The position numbers and the translations under genes are program-made. Shown here in pieces: positions 38,880 to 49,598 of a DNA stretch of 64,000 nucleotides. Each line of letters begins with the position of its first letter. Position 1 is the stretch's first letter. Below the pieces are notes generated by a model. That model saw only the letters and a list, made by a program, of their open reading frames with translations. It was not told the origin of the DNA and searched no databases. The DNA is from Nemertoderma westbladi. Lineage: Eukaryota > Animalia > Xenacoelomorpha. The stretch spans positions 1 through 64,000 of the forward strand of contig JAUCBJ010001244.1 in NCBI GenBank assembly GCA_032718475.1. Reading direction: 5' to 3'.

Positions 38880-39395
38880 AATAAGAAATTGAACAACAAA
38901 ATAGAAATAACCAATAAACAGTTTACCGGAAAAAACATTGCCAAATTTGAACTAGAGAAAATTTCACAGCAAATTACAGGTCAAAGTTGCTTAAAACCAA
39001 ACATGTTTATCTACAAAGGTGACGATTCAACTATAATGCTATTTCCCAGCGGCGCAGTAACAATTGTAGGCCTTTGCAATAATTTAGCTAGTGAATTGCT
39101 TTATTTAAAACAGACTATCGGGATGCAATTACAAAATTTGAAACTTAATACCGAAACACGAACTATTATTTTTCCTAGTGTTAATTTTAAATTATTAATG
39201 AAAAAATGTGGACATCACACAATTAATAATAAAGCAATATTTATTAGCTATACCCCCGAATTATTTTGTGCGATTAGAATATATATAGGATGTGCATATT
39301 TCAGTGTATTTCATAGTAATAAAATCGTTTCCATGTGTCCAGCCGGTGAATTCCCTGAATCATTATCTATTTTACAAACTTTATTATTAAATTAG
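38880..39395 (+). CDS. Divergent TATA-binding-protein-like protein (two TBP repeats); 5' end probably spliced
   Basis: STIMLFPSGAVTIVG ~ TTALIFSSGKMVCTG; SYTPELFCAI ~ SYEPELFPGL; FSVFHSNKIV ~ LLIFVSGKVV; ~170 aa fits the TBP core; follows acceptor TTTTTCTAG (ends 38879). Confidence 0.8.
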   Translation, partial: NKKLNNKIEITNKQFTGKNIAKFELEKISQQITGQSCLKPNMFIYKGDDSTIMLFPSGAVTIVGLCNNLASELLYLKQTIGMQLQNLKLNTETRTIIFPSVNFKLLMKKCGHHTINNKAIFISYTPELFCAIRIYIGCAYFSVFHSNKIVSMCPAGEFPESLSILQTLLLN

Positions 39396-39439
39396 TTTAT
39401 TTACTATGGTATACATGAAAGTTTACTATATTATTTATT

Positions 39440-40440
39440 TTGTGTTGGTTTTTATTTTTCCGTGAGTAGGGTTTGAATCCGTGACCATCCGTGTTACCTA
39501 CTTTTTATAATTGCATTAGTAGGACTCAAACCCTGGTTTTTCCTATTTTGTGTTGGATTTATAATTGACGCGAGTAGGGATTGAACCCGTGACCTTCTGT
39601 TTTTCCTAATTTATGTTTAGTTTAGTTACTCTAGTTATTCTATGTTTACTTTTTATATTTTCATGATTAGTATTCAAACCCTGGTTTAACTTATTTCGAG
39701 TTGGATTTATAATGGTCGCGAGTAGGGATTGAACCTATGACCTCCTGTTTATTTTCCATAAAACGGGATACGAGTAGGGATTGAGCCCGTGACCTTCTGT
39801 TTTTCCTATTTTATGTTTAGTTTAGGTACTCTAGTTATTCTATGTTTAACTTATTTTGTGTTGGTTTTATATTGGTCGCGAGTAGGGATTGAACCCGTGA
39901 CCATCTGTTTATCCTATTTTGTGTTTACTTTTTATATTTTTCTATAAAACGGGATACGAGAAGGGGTCGAACATGTGACCACCTGTTTATCCTATTTTAT
40001 GTTTAGTTTAGGTACTCTAGTTATTCTATGTTTAACTTATTTTGTGTTGGTTTTATATTGGTCGCGAGTAGGGATTGAACCCGTAACAATCTGTTTATCC
40101 TATTTTGTGTTTAGTTTAGTTACTCTAGTTATTCTATGTTTACTTTTTATATTTTCATGATTAGGATTCGAACCCTGGTTTAACTTATTTCGTGTTGGAT
40201 TTATAATGGTCGCGAGTAGGGATTGAACCTATGACCTCCTGTTTATTTTCCATAAAACGGGATACGAGTAGGGATTGAGCCCGTGACCTTCTGTTTTTCC
40301 TATTTTGTGTTTAGTTTAGGTACTCTAGTTATTCTATGTTTACTTTTTATATTTTTTCATAAAACGGACACGAGTAGGGATTGAACCTACAGTATGACCA
40401 TCTGTTTATCCTATTTTATGTTTAGTTTAGTTACTCTATG
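39440..40440 (-). repeat. Composite tandem array of ~13 tRNA T-arm/B-box-like motifs
   Basis: Minus-strand units GGTCACGGGTTCAATCCCTACTCGCGACCA and CCAGGGTTCGAATCCTAA embedded in A-rich spacers. Confidence 0.85.
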
Positions 40441-43151
40441 TTAAAGTGAATTTTCACATTATATTTGTGTTAAATTATAAATTTATGTTGCAATTATTAT
40501 TTATATTATAAAAAACAGAAATATTCGAGTTATATTGCATTATATATTTTATATTGAAGTGGAATACTTTAGATGTTGGGGGACTCTGGTTTGCGAGGGA
40601 TATTTGAATGGTGAGTATAACTATCCTTGAGAGCTAGTGCAACGCTATCTCACTATGGATGGGCTTTACCACTGTACTCGCATCTGCTCTCTCATTGGCT
40701 GCTCGATGCCTCCGATTAAGGGTCTAAGACCTTCAAGCTGATTATTTGCTTAGTTTTCTAATTAGAAGGTCGTGAGTTTGGACCCTAGAAGAGCATTATT
40801 CTTTTTCCTAGCTCTTGGTTAACTCTAGCATATACTCTAGCTTCGACTCTCCCAGCTATAGTGATAGTATGCAACCTTGGGAGTTAATGTGAGTAAAGAC
40901 CAAGAGATTAGACTTCAGGCTCCCTCTATTGGTTCATTCTTCTTAACTTTATAAAATAACTCAACCCGTATTTAAAGTTTTAAAAATTATGACTTAGTCG
41001 ACTAATTTTCCAAAGTATATTATAAAAACATATAATTTCTTGAATAGATAGACCTAATAGTAATAAATAATGTGGGGGTAAATACATTTATAATTCTAAT
41101 ATAATTATTAAGGATAAATAGTCCCAATACTAATATAATTATGTAATAGTAAGCAAAATTTTTATGCGCAACCATCAGAGATTATTTGGATATAAAAGAT
41201 CACACAGCAGGAGGCTAACTTGCTGGGATCGTGTGTCGCTATGTCTTATATCGGGTGGATGAGAGAGCCCCCTCCGGCGCAACATTGTGAACATGGGCTA
41301 TATTGCTAGAGAGAGAACTACATATAAGACCATGGCCGGCCCTCATGCAGATTTAGCGGCGCCAAGGCTAACGCGGAAAAAATAAAAAGTAAACACAAAA
41401 TAGGATATACAGATTGTCATAGATTCGATTCCCTACCCCCGATCAGAGTCATTATGATCCTCCCCCGATAATTATAGAATATTTTATAGGCCGGTAGTAT
41501 TGGGGTTATTATGTGACTCATGAAAATAAATCTTAAATACAATACAAATGCTCCATCTGGGTAAAAGTGGATGCAATGTATTTACAAATCGAGTGTGGAT
41601 CAGGATAGTTTTCGTTAAGGTTTCACCTTGGTGAAGTGGAAGCATTGTATTCACATTTCGAGTACCATTTTTATTGAAACTATGGGGCATTTTATATTAG
41701 CCGATTTTTCAAAATTTGTAAAGTTTTGAGGGTTTTTATGAAAAATATAGGGATTTAGGGATTATCATTCAAATTGACTACGAAGAAGGCATAGGGATCA
41801 TTAATGGTGTGCTGAGACTCAGAAATTTTCAGGAAATTTAAATTTTTGCCCTCGCTTCGTGGAAAATATAAAAAGTAAACACAAAATAGGATATACAGAT
41901 TGTCATAGATTCGATTCCCCACCTCGATCGGGGTCATTATGACCCTCCCCCCCGATATTTATACAACATTTTATAGCCCGGTAGTATTATGATTAAAGCT
42001 ACTAACCTAAAACATAACAAAGTGCAATTATCCTATCTGTTCCAACTCGGTGTCACTAGTTTAGATAATATACTATAATAATAGTGATAGCAGATGCTTT
42101 TAATTTCGCGATGAAATAATATCAGCAAACGAGATATAGTGAATACATCATAGATAGAATTTTAAATTTTGCAGTTGCAAGGAGTGATAACCCTTAGGTG
42201 AAAGCTAAATTTGCTCTACTTTAATCAAATGGGGCATTAAAGCTACGAGTATATTTTCCTCTACATCCTCCCTCGAACTTACACAAATCTGGGCAAAAGG
42301 CAGTTGAAAGGCTATCATTTCCCATCATATGCGGTCCTCCCTTTAATGTTTCATTGTTCTATTCATAGTCGCCTTTAAGAATTTCTCGGGAAAATAAGGA
42401 TGAGGGGCTATCACTTTCAACCCCATGCGGCCCTCCCTTTCATGATTTCATTGAACTATCCATAGTACGAACAATCAAACCAAAGCCTTTGAATATCCTC
42501 GCGGCTTATCAGCGGCGCCATGGCTAACGGCTTAATATTAACAGTGAAGCATCTAAAAGACAGAGTGTCTATGATAGGACAGAACAGCGTACTTACAGCC
42601 TAGAGGTGGTCGCCCTGAAAACTTTGCTCGCCATCAATACATACAAAGCATCGCTTGATGGATAGAGTAATAGGGTGGATATTTTCATTTTGGTGAATAT
42701 AATTTATAGCATTAATCACGAAAATCGCTAAATAATATATTTTAATTAAAATCAGCTCTGATAAACAACTTGCATATCGAGTTTGTAAAGAATTCATAGG
42801 GATTGGCTGTTTATTTAGGGGTTAACATGCAAATTGATTACGAAGAAGCAGTAGGGGTCATTAATGGTATGCTGAGACTCACTTACTTCATGGCTCGCTC
42901 TCATAGAATAGATTAACTAGTAGAGAAAAATGAAAAATAACCGGTTAAACATCTTATATTTTTTAAACAATATGGGGAAACAAGAATAAATAATTTACCG
43001 ACAACATCAATATTAAATAATATAACAACAGATAAATAATTTACCAACAACATTGAAAATAAATAATATAAGAACATCAACAATAACAAAAGATATAATC
43101 AGAACAGTTTTTAATAAATAGAGACTGTTTATATTAATAGGGTTGCTGGTC

Positions 43152-44843
43152 TCAGAGAATATCTGGTTTAACCCTTTTAGGGTCCGATACTATTAATGGT
43201 TGCGATAATTTTCTCTTTAATAGTTTATTGAGATAACCTTTTCTTGGGGGGTGAGATAGATTAAGGTGTGTTTGCTGCGGGAGAAATATGCCTTCTCTGA
43301 GAGAACGTTTTAGTAACTCGAAAAGGCGCGCGATGGTAAAGTCGTTGGATAGGGTGATAGTGTTGGTATTTTTCGTATTGGTGAATATAATTTCTGCTGG
43401 TTTGTTCTCGATATGAATGTAAGGACTGAGATAGTAGTGAGAGTTGGGTGGGTTGGTTATATTTATCGCGAGAAAATCGCTGCCCCTAATATTGAGACCG
43501 TTGGTGAACTGAAAAGTGGAATTCTCTTCGTCTTTCATTAAAATGGGCCAGATACCAACATATTTTTCGGATTTGAACTTATAGATAAAGGCTGCGATAC
43601 TGCTATTTATGAGATAGCGCTGGTGATTGGGGATTGTAATCTTCTTCGGTTTGAAAGCAAATTGTATAGCCATAGCCTTGAATCTGATTAGAGCCTCGCG
43701 CGCTTGAATTGTGTTAGCTATAGTAAAGGATTCGTTAAATTTTCTCTCGGTTATCTGTAAATCAATTTCTGAATCGCTGATACAACTTTGTATCGATATT
43801 CGCTCGGAAATGTTGTCTTTGTATACGTTAAGTTCATCGTAGCAGACACATTCACTATCCTCGACGGTTGAATCGAACCATTTCAATTCGCCGACCTCGG
43901 TTGGTGTAAGAAGAATCATGCCCCTAGAAGAAACAATAGCCTTTCCATCGTCAACCTCGTAGCCATTGGTGATCGCTAAATTGCGCTCGTTCCGAATATT
44001 TGTAACAAACCCAAAAGTGCAATAGTCAAAAGCAACCCAATTTCCCGGTTTTAGGACAAGGTGAGTAGTAGGATTAATAAAAGGGCGACAGATGTTTACA
44101 TATTGTTGAAATAAATTGGCGCAGGTGACGGAAAATGTGATCCATGAACTGTTTACAGTGTCTTCCAGCTTTATTAACTCGAGTGGATTCACTGGGTTAA
44201 TACTTCCATAGGTGCCAACTCTATAATTGAATCCAAAGTAATAGGAGACTTTATTGGCGAAAAAGCATGTGAGCTCATTCAATTTCTCGCCGAAAGTGAG
44301 AACATCCTTGTCGAAAAGTTTAAAGAAACGAGTCTCCTCTTCCTCGGTCGGAGTCGACGAGTTCCAGATGAGAAGAAGAATCGAGTTTGCGATACTATGA
44401 AAATCAAATAAGCGATCATCGGAGAAGAAGGAGGTTACGAGGGTGGTTAAACCCAGTAGACGATTTGCCACATCTTGGTTGATGTTTTCTCGAATAAAAT
44501 CGACTATACTAGTTGGAATCGTAAACGTCTCGGGCGAAGTAGTTAGATTGAACGTGATTTTGTTGTCCATTTTTAAAAGTTTGAAACCGTGGTTGGAGGA
44601 ATGAAGTTTATTATCGTCGAGGGTTTGATATTGTCCATCGTGAAGTTCGTAGCAGGCGCGGAAAATAAAGTGCGCGTAGTTTGCCGGAATCGGGATGGGT
44701 TGGTTTAAGGTTGTATTTATCGTTAACGGGAAGAGTTTGTTCGCCGGATCGAAATATAGACCAAACGAGTTGTCTTGTAGCATAAACTGATTTTCGTTGC
44801 AAACCAGATCGTTGCTTGAATAGCTGATTTCTGAATGTGCCAT
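43152..44843 (-). CDS. 563-aa orphan protein of the element, basic NLS-like C-terminus
   Basis: Long intact ATG-initiated ORF in AT-rich DNA; ends KLLKRKL...PKRVKP; no family motif recognised. Confidence 0.85.
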   Translation of the reverse strand: MAHSEISYSSNDLVCNENQFMLQDNSFGLYFDPANKLFPLTINTTLNQPIPIPANYAHFIFRACYELHDGQYQTLDDNKLHSSNHGFKLLKMDNKITFNLTTSPETFTIPTSIVDFIRENINQDVANRLLGLTTLVTSFFSDDRLFDFHSIANSILLLIWNSSTPTEEEETRFFKLFDKDVLTFGEKLNELTCFFANKVSYYFGFNYRVGTYGSINPVNPLELIKLEDTVNSSWITFSVTCANLFQQYVNICRPFINPTTHLVLKPGNWVAFDYCTFGFVTNIRNERNLAITNGYEVDDGKAIVSSRGMILLTPTEVGELKWFDSTVEDSECVCYDELNVYKDNISERISIQSCISDSEIDLQITERKFNESFTIANTIQAREALIRFKAMAIQFAFKPKKITIPNHQRYLINSSIAAFIYKFKSEKYVGIWPILMKDEENSTFQFTNGLNIRGSDFLAINITNPPNSHYYLSPYIHIENKPAEIIFTNTKNTNTITLSNDFTIARLFELLKRSLREGIFLPQQTHLNLSHPPRKGYLNKLLKRKLSQPLIVSDPKRVKPDIL

Positions 44844-44959
44844 CGTGATTGTGTATCGGTAACTCGTTTAGGAAATAAAAATAAATAAATACTTTTACGA
44901 AAATAATTAAAACTTTTCAGGAAAACAAAGAGACAATGATTGGGAATGTGGTGAACGGG

Positions 44960-45062
44960 GGCTATTATAGAGGGGGCTAGAATGGGTTAGCCAATCAGGG
45001 AACAGGAGGGAGAAAAGACTGTATAATTAAACCAATCAGAGAGCAGCTTTGATGACGTCACA
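44960..45062 (-). promoter_or_regulatory. Putative Pol II promoter for the 563-aa ORF
   Basis: CRE-like TGACGTCA (45053-45060), two CCAATCAG boxes (~44991, ~45032), TATAATAG on the minus strand at ~44962-44969. Confidence 0.5.
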
Positions 45063-45192
45063 TCAGGCGAGATAATGATTGCCCAATGTTATTCAATGGT
45101 AGACAGAATGGCGCCATTGAATAACGAAGACAAAGGGGCCGCGAGAGGAAAGATTATAAAGTTAACGATAAGGGATCTATAAACCATAGAGC

Positions 45193-46096
45193 TAAAAATA
45201 GACATTATGTCATAGTGATCTCATTGGTAATATAAAACCAAATTAATCTAAAAATAGAAATCAATATATAAAATAAAAGTAATACAATTAATTAATTTAA
45301 AATAAAGTACAAATGAATAAATAAAGTCAAATAGAATACAAATAATTAATTAAAATTAGGTACAAATAAATAGTTAAATTGAAAATAACAAAGTTAGAGA
45401 AGATGTTAATTTTCAGATAATACGCCCTCTAGCGGCAGACTATGGAACTGCAGGCGGTTGGATATATGTAAGAGTAATTAGTAATCAGAGCTGTCACGGG
45501 GTGGGGGCAGGGGCGCTTGGATACAACTATCATTAATATGCTGTTGCTTGGTTAAAGCTAATTGGGGGGTCAAAGGTCAAAGGTCAACGATAAAGCTGTC
45601 TGGATATAGATAAGAGTAATTAGTTACCAGTAAGGGAGCTGTATACCCATAAAGTACAAATGAATAATTAATTTAGAATTAAATACGAATAAAATAAAAT
45701 GCAAGTAATTAATTAAAATTAAATATAAATAAATAGATATTAATGAATAAAAGAGCTGCGGTGTCACTTATGACACCCTCTTGAGCCGGCTCTGCGACAG
45801 TTGGACAACACTGATTGACCCATTGTGTGTCAGGGCGCTAATCAGTCTGATTAATTAGGATAATCAATTAAACCCTAATTAGGAGTCATATGACACCTGT
45901 TAGGGTTTAATTGTACTAATTAATTGATGACACCTGTCAATTAGGGTCTAATTAGCCTAATTGAGAGGTGTCACCCAGACAGTCTGGCGCCAATGACACC
46001 CAATGACACCCATAGGGTGATAATTGGGTGTCATATGACACCCAATGGGTGTCAGTGGGGTCCAACTGTCGCAGAGCCGGCCAAGACCCTACTACT
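45193..46096 (-). repeat. Right terminal inverted repeat
   Basis: Reverse complement of 31900-32777. Confidence 0.95.
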
Positions 46097-46460
46097 GGTA
46101 GGAAAGAGAAACATTTAGAGAAACATTAAAACCTTAATAATAATCTTAATAAATAACCCTAATACAAATAAACTTTATTTTATAACTCCAGAATAACCTT
46201 TACATTTGGTGACCCAGACTGTTGCACTTGCATCTTTCTAATTTAATTAATTTCTGAACTTTCTCTGATTATTACACCTCCAATATAAAAACATGGCAGA
46301 AGATGGAGATCCACCACAGACACCAATCAAAGATGATCACAGAGGAGACGTAAAATTTTCTATATAAATGGAATGGCATATCATATTAACCGACAATTAC
46401 CCAATCACCCCCAATATATTGCTATACTATCATTTATTGCTATCTATACATTGCAATGTC
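46097..46460 (+). mobile_element. 3' part of an LTR, PBS and decayed gag start of a Gypsy-like element interrupted by the Polinton
   Basis: AATAAA-rich stretch ending TTACA (46204), then TGGTGACCC PBS-like sequence and ATG at 46293; candidate LTR start TGTAG with TATAAA at ~31856-31899. Confidence 0.5.
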
Positions 46461-47248
46461 TCAATCGGTCCATGTTTGCAGCCGTCTGCGCATCCACGTA
46501 ATCAGAATCATGGGTTCATCTCATCCAGCTATAGACTCTTCGAGTTTCTTGCCTATAATGATTGCAGTTTTGATTGTAACTTTGGCCTGCATCCAGCAGT
46601 TGCTCGAGTTCACTTTCAGCTGTGATGAGACATTGGGAGAAGAATCTCTGTATCATTGTTATAATGTTTGGAGGCAACGATCTGTGTGTGAGAAACAGAT
46701 TTTGTTATCACCAAATTGAAGGCAATGATTACAGAATATTCATCCAATGAGGCCTCCTCCGATTTATGGGCACAAATCGTCCCGCGGTCAATGCACCTGA
46801 AGAGAATACCTGTGGACCCCGATTTTGATTCGCGGCGTGTGGCTACAAACAGCAGGATGGTGGTGTGGCTGAGGTAATACGAATATGGCCGCATCATAGC
46901 CATGAAAGGTGCTCTATGCCATCGGCTGCAGGGAGCCCAATTCTAGCCGATCCCAATTAAATGTCTTAACTTTTCAATTTCGTAGAAGATAGACTTCATG
47001 ATTCTCTACAAGCAACCAAAATTTCAGCTCTGGAAAATGAGACGTTCCGGAGAAATTTAACATTTTATAAAAACCACACAATCTGTCGTAGCTGACGTCA
47101 GACTGCATGATTTTTCACCAAACCTTACAAATTTTCTAAACTTTCCCTCTACTACCTACCTACTAAGTTTGGTTCAATTTCGAATTAGCGATGCTGAGAA
47201 ATTCGCATTTTTGAATCGGACAGTGAGCCAGAAGAAGTTTCAATAATT

Positions 47249-48170
47249 GTGGATAATATTGTAGAACCATCGTATTGCTATAAAGAAGGTACTACAAAGG
47301 GGAATCTACAGAGGGAGGGGTACTATCAAAGGTTCAGTGTGGATAGTTCCCCTGAACTCTTACGATGGAAATCATCTTTAGAGCAGCAGCAGAAGACATC
47401 AAAAAAATGTATAATAGATCAGTTGTATAAGGTCTCAAGAATGGCCTATCAAATACAGAAGGCCCAAAACAACGTTGAAATGGGTTTCATGGAAGAGTCT
47501 TTGGCTGACTTTGACATGCTACAGTCAATATTTGCAGATATGCACAAAGAATGTGGCATGAAAGGGTCAGCCATAGACTCTATCATTGAAGTGATCATTT
47601 CATAATTCAAGTTTCGGCTTAAGGAGACAGGATCCAATCGGACCTCTTTACTGCAGTCTGATAGTTTTAATCACACCCTGAAAGCCATCAGGAGATACCA
47701 CTCCAATGGGATATTAGTATGGGAAGCTATAGAATCCCAAGCGAGGGAGATAGACTTCCTTCAGACAATTTCATGATATAAAATCTGCAGATGCCTTAGA
47801 AGTGATAAATAACAAGGACATTCGTGATACAGTACAGAAGCATTGCTTGAGTGCCGGTTATATATGCAGGAATGTAAGTATGTCATGTCCTCGTTGTAAG
47901 ATACATGATGTGTCTTATATGTATTGGTGAGCAGCAGAGGCCAAGTGTGGCTGGCTGCATGAAACTCTCTGCGTTTCAACGATCAACACATAAAGCCTTT
48001 GTTTCCCCCATCAAACCAACATCTAATACTTGTGGCAAATCACAAAACAAATACATCATCGCATGCAGGTGTTGTACTTGATGCAGATACGTTTAGTATG
48101 ATTGAATCATATATTAAAACTATCAGAAACAAGTGGCCCAAGCAGTGGCAAACCCCAATGGCCAATATAA
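47249..48170 (+). pseudogene. Decayed tyrosine-recombinase-like (Crypton-like) coding fragment
   Basis: QQRPSVAGCMKL and LVANHKTNTSSHAGVVL...IESYIKTIR resemble the R and K motifs of eukaryotic transposon YRs; many stops. Confidence 0.45.
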
Positions 48171-49072
48171 CAGTATATAGGCTTAGGTATTTTTTTTTTA
48201 TCAAAATAACCCTTATTAATCTTTTTAATTAAAGATCGATTAAATTAAAATAATAATACTGTAAATAAAATTTTTATTAATTATTTTATTAAGTATTATT
48301 AATAAGTTATTAATAATTAATTATTAAGTATTTTTTATTAAAATTAAACTTTTGGAATAGGGCCTACCGGTAGAGTTTAAAATTCAATGTTTTTTTCAAT
48401 TGATCTTTTGGAGTAGGCCTGTCGTAGCTTTGGAGATATTGAAATCTGGAATTGGTATCCTTACTGGTACCTGGTAGGCTTATTCCATTGTACGTATTCT
48501 TGTAGTATTTCAGCTAATTTTGAAATGTAATAAACCACGTACATGACGATATTAGAATCGTTGAGTCTTCACACCCAAAGAATTGGTTTTGTTTGCGGTT
48601 ATTTTTTATGATTTGGTTTGTGATTTTGTTTGTGATTTGGCTGTTTGGTGTGATTTCTTGTGCTTAATAGTATAATTAATTCTGTAATTGTTAATAGTGT
48701 AATCCTAATACTAATCTAATACCCGGCTCAAATCAATTTGGTGCACACCACTTGGCTGCCCGATTTTTTTGGTTATAGAGCATAGAGTGACTACTGAGTG
48801 TCTGGCCATGTTACTACTGACTGTCTGAGCATATGGTTTCCCTGAAATGGAAAAGTGATCGTTTATTGTTTTGGTTAGAAAAGCCCGCATCATTAACCTG
48901 TTCCTTTTCCTCTAAATGCGCTATTTAAAAAAACAAACACAAGTGGTGTGCACCAAATTGATTATTAAGCATACCTACTATAGAAACATGGACCGCATAC
49001 ATATAAACGGATGTAACCCCATCATAAATGTAATGAGTAATAACCCATGACAAGGTCGTATGAGTCAGCGCG

Positions 49073-49598
49073 TGTGACGGGATCTACGGATCCCGGTTTA
49101 TCCATTGGGTTTTCTATCCACGCGTCCCCGCCGTGTGTGAAAGGTAAAAGAGTTCTGATGTTCGGTGATATGCATAGAGGTATAATAGTCTGAGATATAT
49201 AGTATAGTATGACACAACAGGTAATATATAATGGCGGTAGCGGACGGTGACAGAAGTCCCCGTTCCACCCTACTGATCTGACTGAGTAAACTGAATGAAT
49301 GATTACAGGTTACTGGTTATATTGCACGGTGGCCTTATTGCTACTCAATCGATGCCTTTCCCCCCTCTGATTGGTTGATATCCCTGTTGGCACCCTTTGG
49401 AGTGTTTCCCTTCACTCCCTGTGTTCTCTCTCAGTTAGGGGTTTGGCCCCTGACCCCTATTGTGTGTGTCTCCTTTGGGGCCTATTGTCCCCGTTTACTG
49501 GGCTGACACGAGGTTGATTGGTAATCAACCTCGTGCTCCCAATATTGCTTTATGGCCCACTCTATGGGTTTGTGTTAGCGGAATTGGATAAGCTAACA
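49073..49598 (-). mobile_element. 3' LTR with adjacent polypurine tract
   Basis: TG...CA ends (tgtgacgg ... gctaaca); minus-strand GGGGGGGAG PPT at 49599-49607; homologous to 20242-20793. Confidence 0.85.

Larger units (their letters stand above)
31900..46096. mobile_element. Complete Polinton/Maverick-like element (14,197 bp) with pPolB, TBP-like and orphan ORFs
   Basis: Termini AGTAGTAGGGTCTTGG / CCAAGACCCTACTACT; TSD GGTAGG at 31894-31899 and 46097-46102; long TIRs; pPolB. Confidence 0.95.

Noticed and set aside
39440-40440. tRNA gene cluster or CRISPR-like array
   Set aside because: No D-arm, anticodon arm or 5' acceptor strand is visible, and the spacers are themselves repeated; kept only as a B-box array.
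20242-49598. The two related LTRs as ends of one element
   Set aside because: Clearly diverged and in the wrong order for a single minus-strand provirus.
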